From: Solirubrobacteraceae bacterium
GTDB lineage: Bacteria > Actinomycetota > Thermoleophilia > Solirubrobacterales > Solirubrobacteraceae
Assembly: GCA_039934455.1 (NCBI GenBank)
Contig: JBDTMF010000001.1
Coordinates: 12,705-76,704 of the forward strand
Reading direction: 5' to 3'
DNA length: 64,000 nt
In this document: positions 9,071 through 18,269 of the stretch, one piece after another
Position numbering within the stretch: the first letter of the stretch is position 1
Layout: the number at the start of each line of letters is the position of its first letter
The notes under the pieces: model-generated
The model's input: only the letters and a program-made list of their open reading frames with translations
What the model was told of the DNA's origin: nothing
Database searches by the model: none
Position numbers and translations under genes: made by a program

Positions 9071-9144
9071 CTGGGGGGCCAGGAATCGAACCCGGTCCTC
9101 ACGGACCAAAACCGCGCGTGCTTAGCCAAGTACACCACCCCCCA
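9071..9144 (-). tRNA. tRNA-Gln (anticodon UUG)
   Basis: Reverse complement folds as a cloverleaf: acceptor TGGGGGG/CCCCCCA, anticodon stem CGCGG/CCGTG with loop TTTTGGT, T-loop GGTTCGATTCC. No encoded CCA. Confidence 0.9.
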
Positions 9145-9163
9145 GGGCGGTGCCGATACTACG

Positions 9164-10552
9164 ATGCTCCGCGTGCCCGCTCCGACCGTGCTGATCCTCG
9201 CCGCGGGCGAGGGCACGCGCATGAAGTCCGACCTGCCGAAAGTGCTGCACCCGATTTGCGGGCGCCCGATGATCGGCTGGCCGATCCGGGCGGCGCAGGA
9301 GGCGGGGGCGGGGCGGATCGTGGTGGTCGACGGGCCGCAGCGCCGCCTCGAGGGCGAGCTGCCCGACGGCGTCGAGCTGGCCGTGCAGGAGGAGCCCAAC
9401 GGGACCGGGGACGCGGTGCGCTCCGCGGCCGATCAGATCAGCGCGGAGGACACCGTGCTCGTGCTCTACGGCGACGTGCCGCTGATCACCCCCGAGGCGA
9501 TCACCGCGCTCGCGGAGGGCCACGAGGAGAGCGGTGCCGCGGCCACGATGGCAACGATGGAGCTCGAGGACCCGAGCGGCTACGGGCGCGTGATCCGCGC
9601 CTCCGACGGCAGCGTCGAGCGTGTCGTCGAGACCAAGACTCCCGGTGACGCGACGCCCGCCGAGGAGGCGATCCGGGAGGTCAACACCGGCATCTACGCG
9701 TTCGCCGGCGGCGACCTGCTCGACGCGCTCGACCGCCTCACCTCCGACAACGCGCAGGGTGAGCTCTACCTGCCCGACGTGCTGCCGCTCCTGCGGGCGG
9801 ACGACAAGCTCGTCGGCGCTCACACGGTCACCGACCACACGCTCACGCTCGGCGTCAACACCCGCGTCGACCTCGCCCACGTCCGCGCGCTCGCGCAGGC
9901 GCGCATCCACCGCGAGCACGGGCTGGCGGGCGTGACGATCGTCGACCCGGCGAGCACGCTGATCGAGGCCGGCGTGACCATCGGCCGCGACACGATCGTC
10001 GAGCCGAGCACGTTCCTGCGCGGCGCCACCCGCATCGGCGAGCGCTGCACGATCGGCCCGCTCGCGACGCTGATCGACACGACCGCCGGGGACGAGACGC
10101 GGATCGTGCACTCCTACCTCGACGGCGCCGCGCTCGGCGCCGGCGTCTCGGTCGGCCCGTTCGCCTACCTGCGCCCGAACGCGCGGCTCCACGACCGCGC
10201 CAAGGCCGGCACCTTCGTGGAGATCAAGAACTCCGAGCTCGGCGAGGGCACGAAGGTGCCGCATCTCTCCTACATCGGCGACGCCGACATCGGCGCGGGC
10301 TCGAACGTCGGCGCCGGCACGATCACCGCCAACTACGACGGCGCCAACAAGCACCGCACGACGATCGGCAGCGGCGTCAGGGTGAGCGTCCACACCTCCT
10401 TCGTCGCACCCGTGACGGTCGGCGACGGCGCCTATACGGGCGCCGGCTCGGTCATCACCGACGACGTGCCGCCCGGCGCGCTGGGGATCGCGCGCGAGCG
10501 CCAGCGCAATGTCGAGGGCTATGCCGAGCGGGCTCCCCGGAAAGAGCGATGA
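9164..10552 (+). CDS. glmU: Bifunctional UDP-N-acetylglucosamine pyrophosphorylase / glucosamine-1-phosphate N-acetyltransferase
   Basis: LILAAGEGTRMKSDLPKVLHPICGRPMIGW plus C-terminal left-handed beta-helix hexapeptide repeats. Confidence 0.95.
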   Translation: MLRVPAPTVLILAAGEGTRMKSDLPKVLHPICGRPMIGWPIRAAQEAGAGRIVVVDGPQRRLEGELPDGVELAVQEEPNGTGDAVRSAADQISAEDTVLVLYGDVPLITPEAITALAEGHEESGAAATMATMELEDPSGYGRVIRASDGSVERVVETKTPGDATPAEEAIREVNTGIYAFAGGDLLDALDRLTSDNAQGELYLPDVLPLLRADDKLVGAHTVTDHTLTLGVNTRVDLAHVRALAQARIHREHGLAGVTIVDPASTLIEAGVTIGRDTIVEPSTFLRGATRIGERCTIGPLATLIDTTAGDETRIVHSYLDGAALGAGVSVGPFAYLRPNARLHDRAKAGTFVEIKNSELGEGTKVPHLSYIGDADIGAGSNVGAGTITANYDGANKHRTTIGSGVRVSVHTSFVAPVTVGDGAYTGAGSVITDDVPPGALGIARERQRNVEGYAERAPRKER

Positions 10553-11616
10553 CGGCGCGCGCACCGTCTGCCTCCGCGCGTACACTCCGCGATGCGGTGA
10601 GCCTGGATCCCCACCCCGCCCCGGCGACTTCCATCGAGGTCGAGTACGGCAAGCGCCTGATGCTCTTCTCGGGCCGCGCGAACCCCGAGCTGGCGGCGCG
10701 CATCGGCAGCAAGCTCGGCCTGGAACTGGGCGGCGTCGAGCTCAAGACGTTCGCCGACGGCGAGGTCTACTGCCGCTACCTGGAGTCGATCCGCGGCGCC
10801 GACGTCTTCATCGTCCAGCCGACCTGCGGGAACCCGTCGACCGGGATGTCGCCCAACGACTCGCTGATGGAGCTCCTGCTGATGATCGACGCGGCGGTCG
10901 GCGCCTCCGCGCACCGTGTGATCGCGGTGACGCCGTGGTTCGGCTACTCGCGCCAGGACAAGAAGTCGGCCCCACGCGAGCCGATCTCCGCCCGCATGGT
11001 CGCCCGCGCGCTCGAGGCCGTGGGGGCCGACCGCGTCCTCACCATGGACCTCCACGCCGGCCAGATCCAGGGCATGTTCCAGAAGCCGGTCGACCACATG
11101 ACCGCGACGTTCATGCTCACCCAGTACTTCTCGGACCTGCGGCTCGAGGACCTCGTGGTCGTCTCTCCCGACGCCGGCCGGGTGAAGCTGGCCAAGAACT
11201 TCGCCTCCAAGATCGGAGCCGAGCTGGCGATCCTCAACAAGGAGCGCCCCGCCCAGCAGGTCGCCGAGATCGGCTACGTGATCGGTGACGTCCAGGGCAA
11301 GACGGCGGTCATCGTCGACGACATGATCGGCACCGCCGGCACGCTCAAGGCCGCCGCGCAGACCGTCATCGACGAGGGCGCCGCGCGCGTGTACGCGGCC
11401 GCCACCCACGCCGTGTTCAGCGCTGGAACGTACGAGAACCTCGCGTCCGCGAACTTCGAGCAGATCGTGGTGACGGACACGATCCCGCTCCGCCCGGGGG
11501 CGCCCGACAACGTGCGCGTCCTCTCCTGCGCCGACCTGCTGACCGACTCGATCCGCTCGATCTTCACGGACGACTCCGTGTCCCAGGTCTTCGGCGGCGA
11601 GAACCAGCTCTTCTAG
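10549..11616 (+). CDS. prs: Ribose-phosphate pyrophosphokinase
   Basis: LMLFSGRANPELA...FADGEVY...VTPWFGYSRQDKK...VIVDDMIGTAGT. ATG 10549 overlaps the glmU stop (ATGA). GTG 10597 is an alternative start. Confidence 0.93.
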   Translation: MTARAPSASARTLRDAVSLDPHPAPATSIEVEYGKRLMLFSGRANPELAARIGSKLGLELGGVELKTFADGEVYCRYLESIRGADVFIVQPTCGNPSTGMSPNDSLMELLLMIDAAVGASAHRVIAVTPWFGYSRQDKKSAPREPISARMVARALEAVGADRVLTMDLHAGQIQGMFQKPVDHMTATFMLTQYFSDLRLEDLVVVSPDAGRVKLAKNFASKIGAELAILNKERPAQQVAEIGYVIGDVQGKTAVIVDDMIGTAGTLKAAAQTVIDEGAARVYAAATHAVFSAGTYENLASANFEQIVVTDTIPLRPGAPDNVRVLSCADLLTDSIRSIFTDDSVSQVFGGENQLF

Positions 11617-11623
11617 CCGCCGC

Positions 11624-12391
11624 GTGCCCGGCAACGACGGCGGCCCGTCGCCGCTTCTCCGCCTCACCCAGCACCCGGCCCTGAGCAGGGGCGCTCGCTC
11701 GATCGTCCGCCGCCTCGCCGCGCGCGCCAACTATCACGTGATCCGGGGCATGGCCGACCCGGGCCTGCGCCCCGACGTCGACCGCTTCCTGGAGGCGATG
11801 CCGTGGTCGATCACCTCCGACTACGTGCGCCAGGGCACCGCGCAGCTCCTGTGCCGCGAGATCGCCGAGCACGAGGTCGCGGGCGCGATCGGGGAGCTCG
11901 GGGTCTTCCGCGGGGACTTCGCCTCGCTCCTGAGCGGCTACCTGCTGGATCGTCCCGTCCACCTCTTCGACACCTTCGAGGGGTTCGACGAGCGGGACGT
12001 CGCCGTCGACGCCCGCGAGAACCTCGTCGACGACTTCATCGACTTCTCGGCCACCGATCCGCGCAGCGTGCGCGCCCGCTTCGCCGATCCGGGCCGCGTG
12101 AGCCTGCATCCGGGGTGGTTCCCGCAGAGCGCCGCCGGCGCCGAGGACGTCACCTTCGCGCTCGTCAGCATCGACGCCGACCTATACGCGCCCGTGCTCG
12201 AAGGCCTCAACTGGTTCTACGAGCGTCTGTCGCCGGGCGGCTACATCCTCGTGCACGACTTCAACAACGGCGCCTTCGGCGGCGCCAAGAAGGCGACGCG
12301 CGAGTTCCAGGCCCGGACCGGCGCGCCGCTGGTGCCGATCCCGGACTGGGGCGGGACCGCGATCGTCGCCCGCTCCGGAGCAGATCCATGA
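11624..12391 (+). CDS. TylF/MycF-family class I SAM-dependent O-methyltransferase
   Basis: ...GELGVFRGDFASLL...VHLFDTFEGF...VSIDADLYAPVLEGLNWFYERLSPGGYILVHDF. Confidence 0.8.
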   Translation: MPGNDGGPSPLLRLTQHPALSRGARSIVRRLAARANYHVIRGMADPGLRPDVDRFLEAMPWSITSDYVRQGTAQLLCREIAEHEVAGAIGELGVFRGDFASLLSGYLLDRPVHLFDTFEGFDERDVAVDARENLVDDFIDFSATDPRSVRARFADPGRVSLHPGWFPQSAAGAEDVTFALVSIDADLYAPVLEGLNWFYERLSPGGYILVHDFNNGAFGGAKKATREFQARTGAPLVPIPDWGGTAIVARSGADP

Positions 12392-12486
12392 AATTGCCCT
12401 TGCGCCGAGTGGGGCGGCAAGCAATGATGAAGGCATACTGATTGTTCGGGACCGCAGAGCAGCCCGAGCCTTTCACCACAGGATCG

Positions 12487-12744
12487 ATGGGAGACGGGAC
12501 GATGGAGCCCAAATCTCTGACCGGCACCGAGGCCTCGCGGGGTACACGTCTCAGTACTTTGATCGACGAGGCCCGATCATCTCGCGACAGCGAGTCCTAC
12601 CTCCGGCAGCGTGATCACGCAAAGGCCAACCGGCTCTTCTCGGACATCGCCGCCGCGGTCGAGCGTGGCCTGAGGACCCTCGACCCCGGGTCGGCGGACG
12701 CCGCGGTCCTCGAAGAGGTCGACAACGCCCTGAAGTCGCGCTGA
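12487..12744 (+). CDS. Hypothetical small protein
   Basis: ORF 12442..12744. ATG 12487 or ATG 12502 (the latter behind GGGAGA). Lower GC and atypical codons. No recognisable motif. Confidence 0.3.
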   Translation: MGDGTMEPKSLTGTEASRGTRLSTLIDEARSSRDSESYLRQRDHAKANRLFSDIAAAVERGLRTLDPGSADAAVLEEVDNALKSR

Positions 12745-12793
12745 CAAGCGGTATGTTGGCTCCCGTGGCGCATCCTTCCCGGCACCGGCTCCG

Positions 12794-13099
12794 CTGAGCG
12801 CCGCCCGCCTCCAGGAGCTGCTGGGGCTCGACGACGACGAGCTGCTCAGCGTGCTCGACGCCGGCCCGCTCGAGGTCGTCTCGGGTGACCTCGAGCACCG
12901 GCCCGAGCTGCCGATCCTGCTCGACCTGCTGGCCGAGGCCGAGGAGGCGGCGGGCGCGCCCGTGCTCCAGCGCTGGGTGCGCCGCGAGGGGCCGTCGGGG
13001 CGGCCGATCGAGCTGCTGCTCGCGCGCGACTTCGGGGGCTTCGAGGACGCGCTGGCGACGCTCGCCGCGCGCGGGTTCGTGATCCGCGGCGGGGGTTGA
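12794..13099 (+). CDS. Small protein resembling the DUF2384 (Xre/MbcA/ParS antitoxin C-terminal) domain; start unresolved
   Basis: Strong GC3 bias. ...VLQRWVRREGPSGRPIELLLARDFGGFEDALATLAARGFV. First canonical start is GTG 12851, but coding-like sequence LSAARLQELLGLDDDELLS extends upstream (CTG 12794). Confidence 0.4.
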   Translation: MSAARLQELLGLDDDELLSVLDAGPLEVVSGDLEHRPELPILLDLLAEAEEAAGAPVLQRWVRREGPSGRPIELLLARDFGGFEDALATLAARGFVIRGGG

Positions 13100-13129
13100 G
13101 CCGGCTGCCGCCTCCGCGATCGACGCGCT

Positions 13130-13408
13130 CTACTCGTCGGGGTCCGGGCGCTTCTCGCCCGGCCACGCACCCGTGAGGTAGTACCAGCCCTTGGCGCCGT
13201 GGCGGTCGATCAGCGCGCGGGTGGACTTGAAGATCATGCCCTGGAGCGCCGCCGTGACGAGGATCTTGCCCCAATCCGCCTCCTGCGTGGTCGGCTTGGG
13301 CGGGTCCTCGTCGTCGATCTTGGTCCACACGAAGTCGAAGACGCGCTTGCCGACGAGGCCGCCGAGGATGCCGAGGATGATTCCAAAGGGCTTATAGATC
13401 AGCTTCAT
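13130..13408 (-). CDS. DUF4235 domain protein
   Basis: MKLIYKPFGIILGILGGLVGKRVFDFVWTKIDDEDPPKPT...WGKILVTAALQGMIF...LTGAWPG matches the DUF4235 pattern. Confidence 0.8.
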   Translation of the reverse strand: MKLIYKPFGIILGILGGLVGKRVFDFVWTKIDDEDPPKPTTQEADWGKILVTAALQGMIFKSTRALIDRHGAKGWYYLTGAWPGEKRPDPDE

Positions 13409-13480
13409 TTCGCGCCGGAGGGTACCGCTCGTCCGTCAAGTGGGTAACAATCAGGTCAGCGAACTGCCGATAGAGGGGCC

Positions 13481-14185
13481 ATGGACGACCATCTCGCCGA
13501 CGATCTGCTGCGCAGGGCCCTGATCGACCAGGAGGCCTCGGCGGCCGTCGCCCTGCGAGTCGGAGGCCTCCCGCTCTGCGAGCAGCTCACGGTCGTCTTC
13601 CACGGCCGGCGCGACCTCGGCACGATCCAGACCTACATCGCCCACGGCGGGCGCGGGGCGGGCAGCGCCGTCGCGCCCGACGATCTCCTGCGCGTTCCGT
13701 GCGACCTCGACCTCGCCGGCGCGCGCGATCGCGACGAGGCCGAGGCGCTCTACGCGGAGCAGGCGGGCGCGCTGCGCGACGCGCTGCTCGGCGCCGACAC
13801 CGTGCTCGACATCTGGCGCGAGCCGCTCGAGGACGTCGCCCGGTCGCGCGTCGAGCTCGACCGCCGGATCGTCCTTGACGTCCGCCTCCCCGCTCACCGC
13901 CTGCTGCCCGCCGCGCTCGTCGCGAAGGAGAAGCAGATCGTCGTCACCGTCGTCTGCGGGGCGCGACCGCTCGCCGAGGGCCGCCCGCCGATGGGGATCG
14001 CGTGCGCGCAGCAGGACGTGGCGCGCGTCTACCCGCTGCCCGACGACCCGGAGCGCTGCCTCGAGGACTTCCTCGAGTTCGCGGCCGGGCATGCACGCCG
14101 CGCCGGCGAGCGCCTCGCCCAGCAGGAGGCGTCGGTCGAGCGCTTCCTCGAGATCTCGGGCGACGACTTTCCCGAAGCGGGATAG
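13481..14185 (+). CDS. Hypothetical acidic protein
   Basis: ATG behind AGAGGGG. Consistent GC3 bias in this frame. The antisense ORF 13451..14092 has Arg/Asp-rich shadow composition. Confidence 0.55.
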   Translation: MDDHLADDLLRRALIDQEASAAVALRVGGLPLCEQLTVVFHGRRDLGTIQTYIAHGGRGAGSAVAPDDLLRVPCDLDLAGARDRDEAEALYAEQAGALRDALLGADTVLDIWREPLEDVARSRVELDRRIVLDVRLPAHRLLPAALVAKEKQIVVTVVCGARPLAEGRPPMGIACAQQDVARVYPLPDDPERCLEDFLEFAAGHARRAGERLAQQEASVERFLEISGDDFPEAG

Positions 14186-14208
14186 CGCCCTAGTACCGTG
14201 CCGCGGCC

Positions 14209-14655
14209 GTGCGCCGCGTCACGCTCGTCACCGCCGTCGTCTTCGGGTTGTTCGTCTTCCTCGGCATCTCGTTCCTGCTGGCGCGCGCGCTGACCGGCCA
14301 GGGCGCCGAGCGCGAGCGCGTGCTCGACGTGCTGCGGGCAGAGGCGCGCGGCGACGCGGGCGCGGTGCTCCGCAAGCTCCCCGCCTGCTCGCGGGAGCCC
14401 GCCTGCGCCCAGGTCACGCGCCAGCGCGTCGCGCAGCTCAAGCGTCCCGGCACCGTCCAGATCCTCAACTATCAGCCGTCGGTGCGGGTGACGATGACAC
14501 GGCGCGCCGGTACCGGCCGCGTGGCGTGGCGGGCCGGGGGGTCGCTGCCGGTCGTCCAGTGCGTGAAGGCGCTGCGCGAGGGCCCGCTGACCGGCGGCGG
14601 GGTGGAGCTGCTCGCGATCTCGAAGCCGATCGGGCTCGACGCGTCATGTGGATGA
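14209..14655 (+). CDS. Hypothetical membrane-anchored protein
   Basis: N-terminal TM VTLVTAVVFGLFVFLGISFLLA followed by a soluble Cys-containing domain. Confidence 0.55.
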   Translation: MRRVTLVTAVVFGLFVFLGISFLLARALTGQGAERERVLDVLRAEARGDAGAVLRKLPACSREPACAQVTRQRVAQLKRPGTVQILNYQPSVRVTMTRRAGTGRVAWRAGGSLPVVQCVKALREGPLTGGGVELLAISKPIGLDASCG

Positions 14656-14699
14656 CCGCCGCGGCGACCGCGCGACTTCCCGCCGGACGCTGTGTTGTG

Positions 14700-16583
14700 A
14701 TGCCGCGGATGCGTGGCGCCCTCAGACTGACCCTGCCCCTCCTCGCGCTCGTCGCGCTGGCGCTGCCGAGCGTGGCGGCGGCCGCCGACAAGCCGTCGGC
14801 CAAGACCCTCTACTACGAGGGCCCCTCGGGCCGCTACCTCATGGACGGCGCCTGGCTGTTCCGCCTCGACCCGTCGAACCAGGGCCTCTCCAGCGGCTGG
14901 AACCGCTCGTCGAGCCGCGCCGGCTGGTCGACGGTGAAGGTGCCCAACGTCTGGAACCTCGGCGACGACTCGCCGGCCTCGATGATCGGCGGCGTGGGCT
15001 GGTACCGCAAGGACTTCTCGCTGCCCGAGGCGAGCAAGGCGCTCGAGTGGGCGGTGCGCTTCGAGTCGGTCAACTACCGCTCGCGGGTCTGGCTCAACGG
15101 CAAGCCCATCGGCTCCAACCGGGGCGCTTACATCCCGTTCGAGTTCCGCCTCAAGGGCATCAGGCGACGCGGGACGAACCGGCTCGTCATCCGCGTCGAC
15201 TCCAAGCGCCGGTCGACCGACTTCCCGCCCTCCGGCCTGGCCACGAACGGCACGCCGACCGGCGGCTGGTGGAACTACTCCGGCCTCCAGCGCGAGGTCT
15301 ACCTCAAGCGCCTGAACGTCGTCGACTGGAAGTCCGTGCGGGTGACGCCGCTGCTGGCCTGCGCGCGCTGCACCGCGACCGTGCGGGTCCGGGTCACGCT
15401 GCGCAACGTGCACTCCGGCGGCAAGAGCGTCCATGTGACCGGCAACTTCGGCTCGCGCCGCCTCGACCTCGGCACCCGCAGCATCCCCGGCAACGGCGTG
15501 ACCTCGTTCAACACCAGCTTCCGGATGCCGCACCCGCGCGTGTGGTCGCCCCCGACCCCCAACCTCTACAACGTCAACCTCAAGGCGAGCGCGGGCGGGC
15601 GCAGCGTGAGCTCCTACCGCCTGCGCACGGGCATCCGCTCGGTCCGCGTCTCCTCCGACGGCCACCTGATCCTCAACGGCCAGCGGGTGAACCTCCGCGG
15701 CGTCGGCGTGCACGAGGACTCCAAGGCCCAGGGCTTCGCGGTCGACAACGCCTTCCGCGAGCGGCTCGTGGCGGAGACCAAGGCGGTCGGCGCGACGCTG
15801 ATGCGCACGCACTACCCGATGCATCCCTACACGCACGAGCTGGCCGACAAAGAGGGCGTGATGATCTGGTCCGAGGTGCCGGTCTACGCGCTCAAGACCG
15901 CGAGCCTCGCCAAGCCGGGCGTGACCGAGCTCGCCGCCAAGGAGCTCGAGAAGAACATCATCGCGAACCAGAACCACCCCTCCGTGCTGCTGTGGTCGAT
16001 CGGCAACGAGCTCTCCTCCCGCCCCGGCCCGACGCAGTCGAGCTACATCAAGAACGCCGTCCGCGAGGCCAAGCGCCTCGATCCGAGCCGTCCCGTCGGC
16101 ATCGCCGTCGCGGGCTATCCGCTCGTCGGCTGCCAGAACAAGGCCTACAAGCCGCTCGACGTGATCGGCTTCAACGAGTACTTCGGCTGGTACCCCGGGC
16201 CGCAGGGCTCGATCTTCGACCGCACGCGGCTGTCGGGCTACCTCGACGGGATCCGCGCCTGCTACCCGAAGCAGGCCCTGATGATCACGGAGTTCGGCGC
16301 CGAGGCCAACCGCGACGGCCCGGTGGAGGAGAAGGGAACGTGGGCCTACCAGCAGGATTTCGTGAACTTCCACCTCGCCACGTACGCGCAGAAGACCTGG
16401 CTCAGCGGCGCGATCTACTGGGCGCTCAACGAGTTCCGCGTGCGCCCGGGCTGGGAGGGCGGCAACCCGCGGCCCACCCCGCCGCTGCATCAGAAGGGCC
16501 TGCTGCGCTACGGCGACTTCTCACGCAAGCCCGCGTGGACGGACCTGCAGCGCAACTACGCCGCGACGAAGCAGTTCGGCTGA
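14700..16583 (+). CDS. Secreted glycoside hydrolase family 2 (beta-galactosidase/glucuronidase-like)
   Basis: Signal peptide MPRMRGALRLTLPLLALVALALPSVAAA. WYRKDF..., NYRSRVWLNGKPIG, MRTHYPMHPY..., LLWSIGNE (acid/base Glu), ITEFGAEA (nucleophile Glu). Confidence 0.88.
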   Translation: MPRMRGALRLTLPLLALVALALPSVAAAADKPSAKTLYYEGPSGRYLMDGAWLFRLDPSNQGLSSGWNRSSSRAGWSTVKVPNVWNLGDDSPASMIGGVGWYRKDFSLPEASKALEWAVRFESVNYRSRVWLNGKPIGSNRGAYIPFEFRLKGIRRRGTNRLVIRVDSKRRSTDFPPSGLATNGTPTGGWWNYSGLQREVYLKRLNVVDWKSVRVTPLLACARCTATVRVRVTLRNVHSGGKSVHVTGNFGSRRLDLGTRSIPGNGVTSFNTSFRMPHPRVWSPPTPNLYNVNLKASAGGRSVSSYRLRTGIRSVRVSSDGHLILNGQRVNLRGVGVHEDSKAQGFAVDNAFRERLVAETKAVGATLMRTHYPMHPYTHELADKEGVMIWSEVPVYALKTASLAKPGVTELAAKELEKNIIANQNHPSVLLWSIGNELSSRPGPTQSSYIKNAVREAKRLDPSRPVGIAVAGYPLVGCQNKAYKPLDVIGFNEYFGWYPGPQGSIFDRTRLSGYLDGIRACYPKQALMITEFGAEANRDGPVEEKGTWAYQQDFVNFHLATYAQKTWLSGAIYWALNEFRVRPGWEGGNPRPTPPLHQKGLLRYGDFSRKPAWTDLQRNYAATKQFG

Positions 16584-16595
16584 CGGCCTAGGCGC

Positions 16596-16925
16596 CTAGC
16601 GCCGGACCGGGCGTCGCTGCGGCGCGGGTTCGCGCGCCGGGCGGCGCGTGCGCTGCGGAGTGAGGTCGCGCAGGCGCTCGTGCGAGCGCAGGCGGACCGC
16701 CGGCGGCACCGCGTCCGGGAGCGGCAGGCCGCCGGGCGGCGAGCTCCGCGGCGGGCGCGACGGCAGGCGATCGTTGCCGCCGCCGCCACCCTCGTCCTCG
16801 TCGGGCGGCTTCCACGGCCTGGTCGCCTCCGAGCGCAGGAACATCACGAACAGGAGGGCACCGAACGCGACGGCGATCAGGTGCAACGTGCCGAAGATGA
16901 GCATCAGCTCCGCATCGGGCGACAT
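16596..16925 (-). CDS. Hypothetical small membrane protein
   Basis: One TM (LMLIFGTLHLIAVAFGALLFVMFL) then a Pro/Arg-rich tail. Divergent from the L25 gene. Confidence 0.45.
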   Translation of the reverse strand: MSPDAELMLIFGTLHLIAVAFGALLFVMFLRSEATRPWKPPDEDEGGGGGNDRLPSRPPRSSPPGGLPLPDAVPPAVRLRSHERLRDLTPQRTRRPAREPAPQRRPVRR

Positions 16926-16989
16926 CGTCCAATCAATCTACCCAGAGAACGGGCCGTGCACCAGCGGTTCGCTACCATCGGCGACCGTC

Positions 16990-17706
16990 GTGGCACGTTC
17001 AGAGCACACCGCACTCGAGGTCAGCGCCCGTCCCGTCGAAGGGTCGCGCTCGACGCGCCGGCTGCGCCGCGAGGGCCTCGTCCCCGGCGTCGTCTACGGC
17101 GGCGGCGGCGAGCCGGAGACCTTCGCGGTCAACGCGCGCATCCTGCGCTCCGCGCTCGCCCACGCGGGCTCGGTGCTCGATCTCGCGGTCGACGGCCGCG
17201 AGGCCACCCCGGTGATCGTCAAGGACGTCCAGAACCACCCGGTGCGCGGCGAGGCCATCCACGTCGACCTGCTGCGGGTCGACATGAGCCAGCCGATCCA
17301 CTCCACCGCGGTGCTCGACCTCGTCGGCGCGGAGGACTCGCCCGGCGTCTCCGAGGGCGGCGTGCTGAGCCAGGAGACGCGCGAGGTCAACGTGCTCGCG
17401 CTCCCCGACGACCTTCCCGATGTGATCCAGCACGACGTCTCCAAGATGGAGATGAACGAGACGCTCACGCTGGCCGCTGTGACGATTCCCGAAGGCGTCA
17501 CGCTGCTCGACGATCTCGAGGAGACCGTCATCGCCACGATCACCCCGCCGACGCTCGAGCCGGTCGACGACGAGATCGAGACCGAGACCGCGCTGGTCGG
17601 CGAGGACGGCGAGCCGCTCGCGGGCGCTGAGCTCGAAGAGGCCGAGCGGCAGGCCGAGGGCGACACCGCCGAAGAGGCCTCCGAGGCCTCCGGCGACGAC
17701 AGCTGA
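16990..17706 (+). CDS. rplY: 50S ribosomal protein L25 / general stress protein Ctc
   Basis: GTG 16990 gives (M)ARSEHTALEVSARPVEGSRSTRRLRREGLVPGVVYGGG...HVDLLRV... with an acidic C-terminal tail. Confidence 0.9.
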   Translation: MARSEHTALEVSARPVEGSRSTRRLRREGLVPGVVYGGGGEPETFAVNARILRSALAHAGSVLDLAVDGREATPVIVKDVQNHPVRGEAIHVDLLRVDMSQPIHSTAVLDLVGAEDSPGVSEGGVLSQETREVNVLALPDDLPDVIQHDVSKMEMNETLTLAAVTIPEGVTLLDDLEETVIATITPPTLEPVDDEIETETALVGEDGEPLAGAELEEAERQAEGDTAEEASEASGDDS

Positions 17707-17726
17707 AGCTCTTCAGCTCCACCCCG

Positions 17727-18269
17727 GTGGACTGGTTGGTCGTCGGGCTCGGCAATCCGGGCACCCGCTACGCGAACACGCCGCACAACGTGGGCTTCCG
17801 CGTGGCCGACGAGCTGATCCGGCGCTGGGACCTCCCGAAGCCGAAGAAGAAGTTCAACGGCGAGCTGGCCGAGGGGCGCACCGGCCCCGGCGGGCCGCGC
17901 GTCGCGGTGCTCAAGCCGCAGACGTTCATGAACGACGCCGGGCGCTCGGTCGGCCCCGCGCGCGGGAGCTACCGCGTCGATCTCGACCGCGTGCTCGTCG
18001 TCCATGACGAGATCGACCTCCCGTTCGGCGACATCCGCGTCCGCCTCGGCGGCGGCCTCGCGGGCCACAACGGGCTCAAGTCGCTGCGCCGCGAGCTCGG
18101 CTCGCCGGACTTCCACCGCGTGCGCATCGGCGTCGGGCGCCCGGACTCGACCGATCCCGAGATCGTCTCGTCGCACGTGCTCGGCTCCTGGCGCCAGTCC
18201 AACGACGAGGTCGCGTCGCTGGTGGCGGAAGCCGCCGACGCGGCCGAGCGGCTGGTGACGGCCGGCTGA
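17727..18269 (+). CDS. pth: Peptidyl-tRNA hydrolase
   Basis: WLVVGLGNPGTRYANTPHNVGF...TFMNDAGRSV...VHDEIDLPFG...GHNGLKS. Confidence 0.95.
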   Translation: MDWLVVGLGNPGTRYANTPHNVGFRVADELIRRWDLPKPKKKFNGELAEGRTGPGGPRVAVLKPQTFMNDAGRSVGPARGSYRVDLDRVLVVHDEIDLPFGDIRVRLGGGLAGHNGLKSLRRELGSPDFHRVRIGVGRPDSTDPEIVSSHVLGSWRQSNDEVASLVAEAADAAERLVTAG

